A DNA stretch of 64,000 nt, from the NCBI RefSeq assembly GCF_030144855.1, contig NC_082725.1:10478001-10542000 (forward strand), given 5' to 3'. Position numbers and translations under genes: made by a program. This DNA is from Hypanus sabinus. Lineage: Eukaryota. Below, in pieces: positions 40,776 through 56,604 of this stretch; positions within the stretch are counted from its first letter, which is position 1, and the number at the start of each line of letters is the position of its first letter. Under the pieces are notes generated by a model that saw nothing but the letters and a program-made list of their open reading frames with translations, was not told where the DNA came from and searched no databases.

Positions 40776-42074
40776 TTCTTGTGCTAAACGCGTCTTGGTT
40801 CGGATGTGAGAGCTTGGAGGCTTTTATTTTCGCCGCATATTTTGTTCTTTTTTTCCCCCTCCCAGCGCACTGATTATTGTCCATGGAGCTTCAATGCATC
40901 CAAGCTTTCAGCACAGATCTCATGGCAGGCAACCACGAATTCCTCCACAGAAGGTGGAGCATTGGACTAAAAAGAGCCGGCTGCTATCCGCAGGGCAGTT
41001 TCCTGCAAGTCGTCACTAAACGCCGCTGGCGGAATGCGAGAGCAATTGGCCCGGGTTGGATCTGAACGGACAGCTGTCAAACTAACGCGGACTCTGCAAC
41101 ACACTCTCAATGGGGCTGAGTCAACCCTCCGCACGGCCTGCGCAGTGCCCGGGAAAGCCAGCCCGAGAGATCGATTCGGCGACAAGGTAAGGCCCTCTCC
41201 CCATTCGTCACCTAGCAATTCCGTAAAAAAAACCTTTTAAAGATATTATGCTAAAACCTGCTTTCTAAAATTCTTAATTTGTCAAAGTTAAAGTCTACTG
41301 TGTAAAAGGGTCAACGACCTTCGGAATAACCAATTCCAAATATCACTTGGTTATGCATTTTTTTAAACAATTTGAGTGTTGTCAGAGGCTGCTTTATTCT
41401 TTGAAATTGTGAAGTATGCTTTTGTTAAAAAAGAGTGTGAATAATACTATTGACGTGGTATGTTCTGGTTCAACTGATCGACTCCGGCTTATTGGTTCAA
41501 AGTGTTTCAGGGGGAAAACACAGAACACATCTAAAGAAGTGAAAGATATTGCTTGATCGGTATTGTTTTCAAGAAGATACCGTATGGTTACAATTCTGCT
41601 TTATTTTAACCACGGCTGTTGCACACTTTATAGAGTGAGAAACGTAGATCTACTTAAGTTTAAAATAAGGTGCCGCTTGCAGTGATTGCGACGGCTTTCT
41701 TGCACCAATGAATTGATAATTTGTTTTGAATCGTCTTTTATTAATTAATAATTTTAGTTTTAGATACTTTATTTTAAAATAATATTTCTGTTAATTCTTT
41801 GGAAATTATCCGATAGCAACGTAATGAGCGTTCTCTGCTGGCGTTTACTTGAAGAAGCCATCCGTAATTATTAGAGGTTTATTGCTGCGCTGATGTTGAT
41901 CATGAATGTAAAGAAACATCAAAGACGACCTATTTCGGGTGTGAGCAGACAAAAGTGCCTGTTATTGTTGGATCTTAGCGCGGTGGTTGTCTTTCTGGCA
42001 CTGAAACACTGTTGTCTGACTTAAAATGTGAAAATGTGTGGATATTGATGTTTGCTATGTTTTTGGACTCGATG

Positions 42075-42088
42075 CTGCCATCTTGTGT
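42075..42088 (-). promoter_or_regulatory. CTCF-like site between HoxA7 and HoxA6
   Basis: Minus strand ACACAAGATGGCAG versus consensus CCAC-AG(A/G)TGGCAG. Confidence 0.5.
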
Positions 42089-45000
42089 TTGGAGTGTGAA
42101 CAAAACCTGCGCTCGGAGCAGCACAGCGTCTCTTTCTGGTCATACGTTGTTGATTAAATGGTTGAGTTCAGTTCTCAAATTAACCGTTATGTAAGTTGTT
42201 TTGTGGACTCGTCCAGTAATCATCATTTTTGCTTACATAATGTCCGAATGTTCTGAATTCGATCCAAGTGCTCGGCGAAGCTCATTTACACGAAAGTAAT
42301 GTATTAAATTTTAAACGGCTTTAGCTCTGATCGTCCAATTGCGCGCAGAAGAATAATAACCCTTGTGAAGTGCATGTTTGGAAAACCAGTAGCAGCATGT
42401 AATGATTTTGAATATTTGTACATCAACAAATCGTCCCTATATTAGGTATTAAACTTTATGTGATCTCTTGTAATATTTATGCCAACCGTAGTTTGAACAT
42501 AGTTGTGGCAAGAATAGAAAATCAGATTTAATAAGGAGTTTGTAATTAATGAAAACTGAGAGAAATATATCCCCGTTTACTATAAATCAGTGTAATTCTA
42601 AATAATAGTCTTAAATGTTACTAACAATTAGTGTTTAAGATGGCAAAGAGATTTTTTAAAACAGGCGTGGGACCGAAAGAAGAGCGAAAAATTAAATTAA
42701 TCCAGAGCTTTAAAATAAGTGAATATAAAGTATGTTTTCGATCAATCGAACATTCAGTGGACAGACAAATTTTGTATAAATACTGTGAGCTTAATTTATT
42801 TTAAAACTCCGCATAATCAAGAGTCTGCAAGCACTACCTCCAATCAATTTAAACTGCCCACTTTTTCGAATGTGTTGGAATTAACAGAAATAATTGGGAG
42901 ATGGTGGGACTTCTTTTCCTGACTTATATTTTTAACGCAGAATGTTAACGAGATGTGAACATAGCAACAACTAACATAAAATGCCAGGTGGATACCTTCC
43001 TGAATCACGGCCTCGAATTTCGCAGTTTCAGGGCCTGTATTGTATTATTTAGAAATTATGCGATGTTTGGTTTAACGTGAGTTTAAGTGTTATTATATTA
43101 TAAAATATTTATTGGTCGGGACAGTGATTATGTCATTCTACGTTAACTATAAGCGCCAACCCAAGGCCCCAAATATACCTAATAGGCCAAGAAAAGCGCA
43201 AGGTATTTATGACTGGAATTACATCTGCTACGACTGTCTAGATTGTACTAAACTTAATCACCCCCAGATCGAAAAGTCTTTGCCAAAAAATTCCCTCTCA
43301 TTAACCAGATGATAAAATCTAATTTACATATCTTTGCGTTGACGGTAATATAACTTTAATGGAAAAAATGAACTTCAAAGGTACGAAAATTCCTAGCATT
43401 AAATTCTAAACTGAATGAGTTTGCAATATATTGGTTATTATTAGCTTTGGGAAGGTTTTGCTATTTGCAAGGAAATGCAAGTACGTCAACGGAAAGACTA
43501 ACGGAATGATATTTTAACCTTTCCCAGACCAGTTACAATCTAGTTGCAAGTCGCAACAGAGTTAAAATTAATTAGTACTCTGCCTCTAAACAGATGCATG
43601 CCAATTAAAAATCTGAGCCGAAAACTGCAGTGCAGTATTTAAATTGGCCTGCGTTGTTTTCCGTTTTAATGACAAGAAGAAACTGTTACTGTTTAATATG
43701 TTTGCTGAGCTCTTCGATTCAGATTTACCCTATTCTGCGTTCATGCTCTCATTATATTTATTGGCTTGTTTTCCTAAATCATGGTCCAGCAGCAATTGTG
43801 AAGTGGTTATTAGCTATATCACCTAATAGGAAAATAATGGATATAGGTTACCACATAGCTCTTTAATCCATCTTAAAATGTCATATTTTATCTTTACCAA
43901 CTTGTGAAAATTTCCTTTTTTAAGAGTACAGTAGTAGTGGTGGGGGGGGGGGGGGTCTTCAAAAACCTGCTGTCATGCTTGAGGCAAGAATAAACGAAAG
44001 CCGAAAATAATATCTAAAACAAATCATGAGCAGAACAGATCAAACGTGGATGAGATAATTTCAAATTTATTAAAATCTTAGGTACAATTGCAAGAGGAGG
44101 CACACATGAGGTATTGCAACACAAGGTAGAATACTACAGAGCAGTTACTGAGCGACGGCCTTTCATTAAGAGGATTCGAACTAGCGTGGTCTTGCTCATT
44201 TCCCTCCACAGTCCCGCTGTACTTATACTCACACCTCCAACAGCTACAGATTTTGATTTCGGCAGGCATTCTGTTTGTTTTTATAAAGCCAGTCTATATG
44301 TAGAGAAGAAAGACAGATATAAGGGTTCAGTACTGAATATTAACCTGTCGAGGTATTTTAACAACTTACAATAAATAAAATATCATCCTCCCCAGAAAGA
44401 CATTATAACATTCGAAGATGTAAAATTGTCCGACTACTAACCAACCGCGTTTGTGACTCGCCGTAACTTACAATCATTGTCCTATAATTGCTTTGTTTCG
44501 AGTTCGGATACAGGGTCTGTAACTATATTTACCACATCACTTAAATTACCCCCACTAAATATATATAAACAGACACAATGTATGTATGTATGCATTATTT
44601 ACTCCAGCTTAGATATTTCAATCTCTATATTACTATTGTTGACGAAAAGAAATCTAACGGGGTAATGAGATCTTTGGTAAGGAGCCCTTGGTTTCCGTCC
44701 TTTTACTGCGATCTGATGCCGCGCTCAGGGCGCAGTAAGTACTCGGTTATTCCAAAACACAAATTACTCCATCGAGATGTTCAAAAATGCCTAATTATTG
44801 CAAAAGAAACATTCCACTATTTTATGGTCGATAAAACCTTAACAGCGTGCAATTATGGAAAATCGAACTTGGGATTTGGGGAGTATTAGCAAATTTCAAT
44901 CGCGTGCAATTAAAATAACATTGTGATGGAAGGGAGCCCATATGCAGACACATCAAGTATAAATCCGAGCTCCTGTATGTTTGCAGATCGGTTGGACATT

Positions 45001-45996
45001 TGAACAATCCCCGTGAACGTTTTGTTCAACACTTTTCTCTTGAAGTACTGTAGTGTTTATACACCAAATGCACATGTAGATACATGCACGCTTTAATGAA
45101 GAGTGTTGATGCAATAACAATCACTCCCACGCACAATTACTGTGAAATCCTTCAAAGCTAAGATATGGCGTTGTGCTCTTCTGTTGGGATTTTCTTTACA
45201 AGAATATCAAAATTAAATCTATAAATCATCTCCCTGAATACACACTCTTAAAGCTATGTTCTTTCCTTTCTGTTAAGCAGGGGTAATTTACTGAAAGCAG
45301 AAATCAGGGGACTGTTGCTGTTTCTTATCCCACTAGCTGCAGACGCTGTTGTTCTTTACCGCATTTAAAATAGTCAGAGAAACACTATTCCAGAGACTGA
45401 TTTCAGATGTTTCCCTAGTCTACACAAGCTAACAAAAAGGGACATTATGCCTGTACAATGAAAAAGCCCAAATGGAGAACTGAATGAAAAAAAATCTATT
45501 CTTACAACTGTTATTTACCTATCTAAATTACAATGTTCATCTACATATAAAACACATTTACTGAAATAATAATTTGTTATTCTGTTTCTTATTTTCTCAT
45601 CTGTCTTCTAATCACTGTTGATCGAGCTATTGTTGAATACGTGACGCAGAGCCATTTTTCCATGTGTTAGACTATATGAAATATGCATGCATAACTATAT
45701 CCTGTAACCTAATACGGTTCTCATTGGGCCACTAATATTCTATTAGAACCACCTCTGTTATAGTTCAGAACTGATTTGGTTGTTTGTAACTTTGCTAGCA
45801 CAGTCGTCGGATCTCCAGGGAGTTTTTTGAACTAAAGTCGTTTTCTATTGGCCAGACACTGATCAGCTGGTTATATTTGCTGCTGTCGCTTTGGCGCTCG
45901 GCCATCCTGAAACAAACCACCTCGATGACTACTAATAGCTAAACCACATTGTGTACTAATACATAACAAATCATATTACTACAGAGTGTGGAGCAA

Positions 45997-46871
<875 letters not shown>

Positions 46872-48896
46872 GAGCGCAAATTCAAAGGAAGTTACCCTGG
46901 GCCTTTCTGTTTGGTAGTGAGTTACAATGTGCTCATTCTGCTAAACAGTTTAGAGAGAGAAAAAAATAATCGTATATCTGTTTGTTTTCGTTGTTCCTCC
47001 TCTTGAGCTTGTGTCTATGTATAATTGGTAGAGGAATTGTTCAAATAATTCGCATTCCATAGGATACAATAATTATACGGTGTAGGATTAATTGTTTTAT
47101 AAATGCGAAGTGTGAATGTTTCTGCTTCTCTAGTCGTTACTATGTGATGGGTTGCACCACAAATAATGACCCAATTGTTTCAATGGATAGTTTGCTCCGT
47201 AGGTATAATTTGACAGTCTTCAAATAAATGAACGTAGTAGATATGCCCATTTGCTAATGATAAATATTGCATTGTATATGTCCATAATTTGCCCCCATTT
47301 TTGTTATTTTTAGATAATTAAGAGGGCACAGTATTCAGGCTGGTCGTGCCATTCTTTCCCTTACAAAGAAAACAATTATATTTCCTTTTATCCTGACATT
47401 CGTACGATAAACTAAGCTAGGTTGGTAACGCTTTCGCTTTAAATTGAAGTTTTGAGGATAAAAATGTCTTAAATATATATTAAGATATACATTAATATAT
47501 AAATAAAAAGCAAGGTGCCCAATTTGTAAGAATTTAGCCTTTAACAAAAGCTGCCGAAAACTTTTTGTATTAAATAAGCTGTGAAAGGAAACTTAGCACT
47601 GTGAAATTGATCGGTAGATGTCCTTGTTTCAGAGAGGAAAAAAATGGACTGTATACGTGGTAGGAATGACTATTTGGTTTCTGGGTTCATTAAATAGGGC
47701 AATTTTCACTAAATGCACAAGTAAAGACGTAGCTAGAGCCGCGTTTAAATTGTAAAACGTTCTTCATGATATTTATTACAACAAACCTAGAAATAGTGGT
47801 CTTGCACAAAGCTGATGTTTTGAATAGGTGGATGACTATTTGTAAAGTGCGCTGCCTTTTGTTAGATAATGTACAGCATTTACTAATCGAACCAACGCAA
47901 AATGCTGTGCAAAAACATTATTTCCACGTAAATTGGGCACAAAACGACGTTTATATACCAATCGAAAAGGGGTCCCTGTTTAGGATGTAATATGTAATAA
48001 AGTAAATTGGAAAAATTTAAACGCATCTTCAATATACGTGACATGAGTTTTAAGAACGCGAAAATTGGCTTGAGAGTTTAAGTGCGGGGTGGCTTCGAAA
48101 TTTCCGCAGATACACGGAGAACTCTAACATTGTGAGCTATGCAGACAAAATAAAAAATTAAAACGGCGTAACAGATTAAAAGAATTAGCATTTTGATGCT
48201 GTACGATACCGTTTCTCCCCTGAACTAATCAGCGATGGTACCCGAAGCGTACGAAAATCACAGAACACATAACTAAAATTAAATCTAATTTTTAAAATTT
48301 CAAAACAAGCCAGTTACAAGAAAACGTCGAGTCCTATCTGTAACACTAGCAGCTCTATCTTAAGAAAACCCAACATCTCTGGTGGGTTAAATAAATGTAC
48401 TGTTGTGCGACGTAGATTCTTTTTTGAAAGATGCTCTTCTCATTGGTTTATGTGATTTATTCTACGAAATGTAATGGTTAAGTTTGAAATGTGTGGTAGC
48501 CTTAATTCGACCCGAGGCCGATTTTCCCGTTCATCACAACTACAGTCGCATAGCCTCTGTCTCCAGAGGGTGGCGCGCAAGGACAACCCAAAGCCAGTGC
48601 TGGGAGCCGCCGGCGCGCCCCCGTGCGCGCCACCCTCTTTCTTTCTTCCTCGCAACCTTCCAATTTGTAGCCACAGTGCACGGATTTACCTCTAGAGNNN
48701 NNNNNNNNNNNNNNNNNNNNNNNNNNNNNNNNNNNNNNNNNNNNNNNNNNNNNNNNNNNNNNNNNNNNNNNNNNNNNNNNNNNNNNNNNNNNNNNNNNNN
48801 NNNNNNNNNNNNNNNNNNNNNNNNNNNNNNNNNNNNNGACGCACAAACGACCAAGAGCCACAAATCAAGTAAAAAATAAATAAATAAAAAAATCAA

Positions 48897-50187
<1,291 letters not shown>

Positions 50188-51644
50188 TCAATAGAAGCAC
50201 TGGGCACTAGCTGACCAATTAGCATAATGTCAATACAGTACTGACTTCCAAAACTCTTTTCCCGTGTTACTTCTATGAAGAAAAGCATTTCCATGTTGCC
50301 GTATTCCAATCTTTGCATCGTTAGTCTGCTTTCTGGTCGTACTGTTGCCTGTACAAGTCATTGCTTACAGTATATTGTCTAGGAATAGGATAGCCTTGTG
50401 AATTATAGCTGTTTTAACTTATTTATATTAATACAAGCGGTATTACTTGAAGTAACTGTATAAAATCGTCTAGTAAAATGTAATTATGTGTTGCACTCTG
50501 CAAAAAAGTGTATGTATGTGTTAGTGTTGCTAAATGTCAAAATAGCTCCAAGCTTGCAATACGTATTTAATTTCAGACCATCGTCCTCTGTATTTGATAT
50601 CGTAGTGTTAAATCACTGAGATGCTACCTATTCTGTGTTATTAGTGAGCAGTGAATTTTGTGAAGGGTATTGCGACTTTGAACTGTATGTCTATGCTGTG
50701 CCTTTGTATGACTTTGCACGAATTCCAATAAGTGGCTCTTAGCGCAGCGTCGGTGTATGTTTTTTTGTGACAAAGGATAACTATAAAGCCTAAAAGACTG
50801 GCAGTTTAAGAAATTAGTGATGAGCTTTTGTATTTGTTTTTAAAACTGACTGGAAGTTAAAATAAAGTTTCTATAGTAACTTTCCTGCTCTTTAGACTCC
50901 CAGATAAGTATTTCTCTTGCGTTTGTTGTCTTGTGAATTAAAATGTTTCCACTACAAACGCTTAACATAGTTTTTGTCCAAAAAAGTAAAAGTTTGGCAT
51001 AATTCTTATAACTTTGCTCTAGATGAAAATATTGCAGATTGGTTAACCACAGGGTTTCAAGTTGCGCAAACTTGTAAAGACGGGTCTCTAACAAATGCAT
51101 TTCGAAATTTATGATTATTGCAAATGGCGGAATTCGGTAGGAATTAGTTCAGTGAATATTTGAACGTGGTGCTATATTGTAATTTGGTGTTTTTACGCAT
51201 TTCGGAGTGAATACGTACGCCTCTTGAATCCCAATCCTTGCGCTCTGAATTTTGCGCACCGTTTACTTCTCCTGCGAAAACGCCAATTTCCTTGCTGCTG
51301 CCATTGCTGTTCTTGCAATTGAACAAACCCTTTTCATAGTCCTGATTTCTCTGAAACTCTATAGTGTGGGTCTGAGGAAAGATTGCACCCTGAAGCATTT
51401 CAACCACTTTTGTTCCGCAGGTAGGCGTTAAGCCACGATCTCTCAACTCCCCCATTCTAAAGTGTAGCGTAAACCTTTTCCAACAGGTATTTTCACTTTA
51501 CAGAGTTAACTTCACTTACCGCGTGAAAGCAGGGCAGAAAAGTCACCACTTAGCTCCTGACAGCAAGGGGGGATCAGTACTTTCACCCTTTCTGCTGAGT
51601 GAGTGCTCGTCCTTTAAAGTTATAAACAGTAAACTTTTATACAC

Positions 51645-51830
51645 CTCAGTTCCGGCTATATGACATTTGGGTGCCAAATGAATAGGGTTTTGTCTATGAA
51701 TTAGATCGTAAAATCATCCATAGCACAGACTGATAGCCTCACTGGCTATAAAAAATCACGTGGTGTCATTAAAGTAAGTTTTATGGTTTTGGGGAGTTGA
51801 CATGGAACAGTATATTCTACATAACATATA
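51645..51830 (+). promoter_or_regulatory. Conserved Hox5-Hox4 element (distal promoter / Cdx-responsive enhancer downstream of HoxA5)
   Basis: tgacatttgggtgccaaatgaatagggttttgtctatgaattagatcgtaaaatcat...ctataaaaaatcacgtggtgtcattaaagtaagttttatggttttggggagttgaca. Contains TATA-like, E-box and TTTATGG motifs; recalled as conserved in tetrapod HoxA. Confidence 0.7.
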
Positions 51831-53870
51831 ATCTCACTGACGCTGGACTTCATTTGGCTCCTTTGCAGATTGCGTGTGCAGGCAGGCCACTCAAATGGCT
51901 AATCTTCTTGCTCAGAGGACTATCCACAGCTCCACAACTCCAGTATACAGGAAAGTTGTGTTTTCTTGCAATACAAGGTAAATGCTGTTGAAATATTATC
52001 GTTGCAATTCTCAACAAGAAATTTGGCCCAGTAAGACAGGCCTTGAGCGGCACCCAGAGTGCACTGAGGCAGAGAAAGAAGTCTGAGTGAGCTACGAATT
52101 AGTTTCTTTTTGCGTTCAAATGAAGCTTCTGTTTTTTTACAAGTCAAGTCGTGAAAAAAATGAAAGATTAAGAAAAAAAACTTTGAGGGAGGAGTGTGTG
52201 TTCCATTAAAAATGTAACAGGTTTTTGCAAGGCACGATTAATTCTTACCGAAAGCTACTGTTATTGTTCAGTACTTTATACCGTGGACAGAATTTTTTTT
52301 TTGCTCCGCAAACTCTGAAAGTGGTGTTTAATGTGTTTATCTGTGATTTGTTTGAGGGGAGTGTTCTGCTGCTGTTGTGACAAGTCTCTTGTTGGTTTTG
52401 TTACAAAGTATATGTTTCAAATGTATTCATTGTCAAGCAATTCGGGAGTTTACGGGATACTGATATTTTAATGAGTAGGGTGTAAGTGTGGTTTGAAGAG
52501 TTCCAAAATAAAGTCAGTCTGCACACATGAGCTGTTTAAGGTACACAGACTGTATTACATGATTCTTTCACGTAACCAAGCAAACCGCCCCTCCCCCAGC
52601 CCCCTCCTCGAAATCGTAATTTAAACTTTTATGGCGACAATCATCAGTCTTTTGAGGAATGGAAGTACGGGTAATATAACAAAGGATGCTACTGCAAAGA
52701 AAAACATCCTTAAGATCTAAACTTAGGCACATGTGCGAAAGAAACACCAAATTTATTCAAAACATAACATCTGAAATACGCCCAATAGAAGAGTTACTGC
52801 AACTTTTACTCTTAATTGTTGTAACGCCAACATTGTTTTCTCGTGAATTGCAGGCTTCCCACAGTAGTGGCTGACGAACCATAAAGTTTATGACCGATTT
52901 TTTATTCTTTGAAGCTTCCGCTAGTCTAGAATGTAGATGAAGGCTTACACGTATAAACAAAGGAAGAATACTTGAAAACAGTATTTCCGAAGAACGAAAG
53001 TTTTTTTTGAGAGCAAAATTCATTAACTTCTTTGGATATTTCATTTTCGTTTGTAATGTCAAAGCAAACCTATACTATAAGAAGTAGAGATAATAGGCGA
53101 CTGACTACACATTTAAAGAGGTTGAAAGCAATTACCCTCCAGAACTTACACTCAAAACATTCCACTGCAATTAGGTCCGTTTTACGACGTGCTATAAAAA
53201 ACCCAACAGTAAATAAAGGAAATCGGCCCCTGTATCAATACAACAGTTCCGGATCGGCCATGTCAATCGCGTCAATCTGTTGTAATTTCCTTTGTATTAG
53301 TTTACATTTAAATATGACAGTTTAATATATCATCTGTCCAGATCACTTAAAGGCCTCTTATAACAAGACAAAACGATCTTTAGTTTCAGTCAGTGCTGGA
53401 GTGCCATTCAGACAAACATTACATATTACTTATTACAGTTACAATTGATTTCCTTGCGAATGCATTCCTAAACCCTGGTGGTAATGTGTTATTTCGTTTC
53501 AAATTACTCAGAGAGTTGTGCACTTGATATAATTTGCTGAACTTGGGGAAACGTTTCATTTATATATAAAAAAAACATTCTACACTCCAAACTGGACAAA
53601 AAGTTGGAGGAGCATACTGTCAGGTTAAGGAGTAAACCTATGTGTGCTATCTAAAATGGGAACTGCACACCCTTGAGCAATGCAGAACAACTCTATGGGG
53701 ACCAATACAGAATGGCTTAGGGTGCTCCCCCAGAAGTGCCGAGCACTGAGATTTCCTCGGTAAGGTACCTACTATTTCCTACAAGGCCTTCGTTCTCCAT
53801 GTAGTATACTGCATGTGTATACTTAAGGGTGTAGGAGGGAGGGAGGGGGTGTGTATATATGTGTGTGGGG

Positions 53871-53892
53871 GAGAGAGAGAGAGAGAGGGAGG

Positions 53893-53947
<55 letters not shown>

Positions 53948-53961
53948 GAGACAGAGAGAGA
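53871..53961. repeat. (GA)n polypurine microsatellite
   Basis: Direct inspection. Confidence 0.95.
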
Positions 53962-56575
53962 GGAGTGGGAGTTTAACTAGTTTCTGAGGAGAACTGTATT
54001 TGCCTTTCAGAAGCATTATTTCAATGGTTTGAGGCTGCCATTTTACGTGAACAATTACAGATACATTTTAAAAACAAAATCAGCGGTTCATTATTTGATA
54101 TGCCTTTTACAAAGTCTTCTTCAAGAAGGCCCTTGGCAAAGACATAACACGGAGTACAAAGGCAATCTGTTCAGTTTGTGAAACACAAATTGTCAATAAA
54201 TTCAATTTTATACAAGACAATATTTAATCTGAAAATGCGGTGAATGAACTCTCATTTAAAAAGCTGCTGTTCAATTTTGAAATCGGATATAAGTGAAAAA
54301 TCTTTTGTTTTCTTAAATTAAAGCATTGGGTAAGTTTTAGTTGAGGCGTTTAATGGAGAGCTTTAACGTAACATATCTCTGCCTTTTAACATACCATCTC
54401 ATTAATCAGTGGTTGAAATTAAAAGCAGCTTCTGTACGGTTCAGCCAACAATTCCCTTATCGTGAAGAAAAAAATATAAATGTTAAACAAATGAGAAGAT
54501 GTGAGTGGTAAAGAGATGGACGCCAAAAAACCTGGAATGCGACGTGCTTACGTTTCTTCTGTGCTAAGGGCATCGAAAGGGCACCACGTTCTTCAATTGC
54601 AATCTATGCTAGTTTGCTTTTGGCCAGAATAGGAGTTTCTCTAACCTCAGCAAATGGATTCTTTATCAAATCAAGAGCACGTTACAAGGATTTTGATGTA
54701 GTTGGCCTTTTTTTTTTATCTATAAAGTGTATGCATCTTTGTATTATGTGAGACAGGGACAAATTTCTCGGGGGCCTCTCAGTGGATCTGGGGTTGTTGT
54801 TGATGGTGATGGTGGGAAGGTGGGTGGGAAAGAGCGACTGTTGAGCAATGTTGAGAGTAACTATTTATGATTAAAGTAAGATAATTGACTTGGCATTCAT
54901 CACATCTTCAAATAACTTTAAAAGGGAGTGGCAGTATTCCTCTGTTTATGAACATAAAAAAACTACCATACAGCTCCCTGAAATAAACATAATACATGTG
55001 TGATAATATTATCCACATGCTGACCTAACGTATCATTTCAGACTATCTAGCAAGCTGCATAAGTGTTTAACCGATTAGTTGCCTTTTTTAGTTGCATTTA
55101 ATCCACCTATCTGACTCTTGGCGATATTGTTAAATGGAATATTTGAAGTCTAAAAATGAGGGTTGTTAAAAGAAAGTAACACACGTATGCTCTCAGGAAT
55201 TCCGTCACGTTCACGTTTTATTTCTTTATTTTGTTCGAAGTCCCTTGGCACTCAGGTTCATGGAATTAACTGTATTTCAGCAGAGACAACTAATGAGCTA
55301 AAGAAACATATTGTTACTAAATACGCTGCCATGGATTTTTCAGCCGTAAAGTTTTGACTGCAGCGTGACCTTGTAGAAATAAAGAACTTGTTAAGTCTTC
55401 CTGAAATGGTTTCATTAATAACCGCGATGTGTTTACTGGAATGGAAGATATTGTTGTAATAAAACGCTGAAAGATTCCGTTCACATCAGTATGTCTTGCT
55501 ACAGATGGAATGGGTGGGGGGGGGGGGAGTGAAACAGGCGAACCCACTAAATAAACCATAACATATATTTTTTTTATTTTGTTGCTAGAGATAAGTCCTT
55601 CATAAAATAAGGGGGATGCAAGTAGTTATCATACACACTTTATCTAAATAGGGTATCGTTACGCAAAGATTAAAATAGCAGTATGTATTATGTTTATGCA
55701 TTTGTATTTGTCAACCTTCTCCTTCTCTCAAGGAAGGAAACAGTAGCTTAAAACAATCTTTTAGAGAGAGTTCACTTAGAATCAATACGCAAAAGGAAAT
55801 TTCACAAAGTTTTATTATTTTCCCGCCTCCTTTTATGTTTGCTTCTCTACTGCTTGCAGTTGCGACATAAACTAATTAATAATGCATCTTTTTTTTCTTA
55901 AGGGGGTATCATATTAAAGTCACGCGTCTTTGGCAAGGAGAATTAACAATGCGCCCCTCGTACAAAAATTATGTAATTTGGATGGGGATTATTTCATTGA
56001 TTGGAGGGTTTTCGTTCCTTAAATCAAAAAAGGGCATGTTTTCAGGAAAGAAAGAGGTATCTGCACACTCTGCAACTCACCAGCAGAGCTCGCTTTAGAC
56101 CAAGTTCACAGTCAGTATTAGCAGGGGCTGGGGAAGCTCGCGTACCCATTGTTCTATCAGTATAACAGAAAAGAACGAAAATGCGAAAGTAAACTCGTGT
56201 TAAATTGATTTGTTTTTCTCACCCACACTATCTATAATTACATTGGCTGGTCGCTGCAATCATAAAAAAAACTTACCCACTTTGCACATCCAACAAAATA
56301 AAGGAGCACTCGAATAAACAGCTTGCAGACTGTTGAGTTTCATGCCATTTTTAAGATTAAAAGAACGTTTCACTTATGGGGGAACGGGTCGGGAAGGGGG
56401 GGGGGGGTGGGTGTGGGACAGACGGAGAGGGAATGGGTGCAACTGCTTTAGCTTTCCAAAACTTGAAATTAGCAGTACATCATGAAAATACTGAACGAAA
56501 GGGGATATTATTTAGTCCTCAGTGGGGCTTTGAAAAAGGCTCCCTGTACGGTGGTTGGCAGGGCGGTACAACTAT

Positions 56576-56604
56576 AGGTCAAAAAGTTGAGGGTCAAAAG
56601 TTTA
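56576..56604 (+). promoter_or_regulatory. Tandem nuclear-receptor half-site array between HoxA5 and HoxA4
   Basis: AGGTCA-aaa-AGTTGA-GGGTCA-aa-AGTTTA: four direct half-sites with spacers of 3, 0 and 2. Confidence 0.6.

Noticed and set aside
42832-42840. ACTACCTC (let-7/miR-196 seed match), and ACAGGGTA (miR-10 seed match) at 57014
   Set aside because: Intergenic and not in a plausible 3'UTR.
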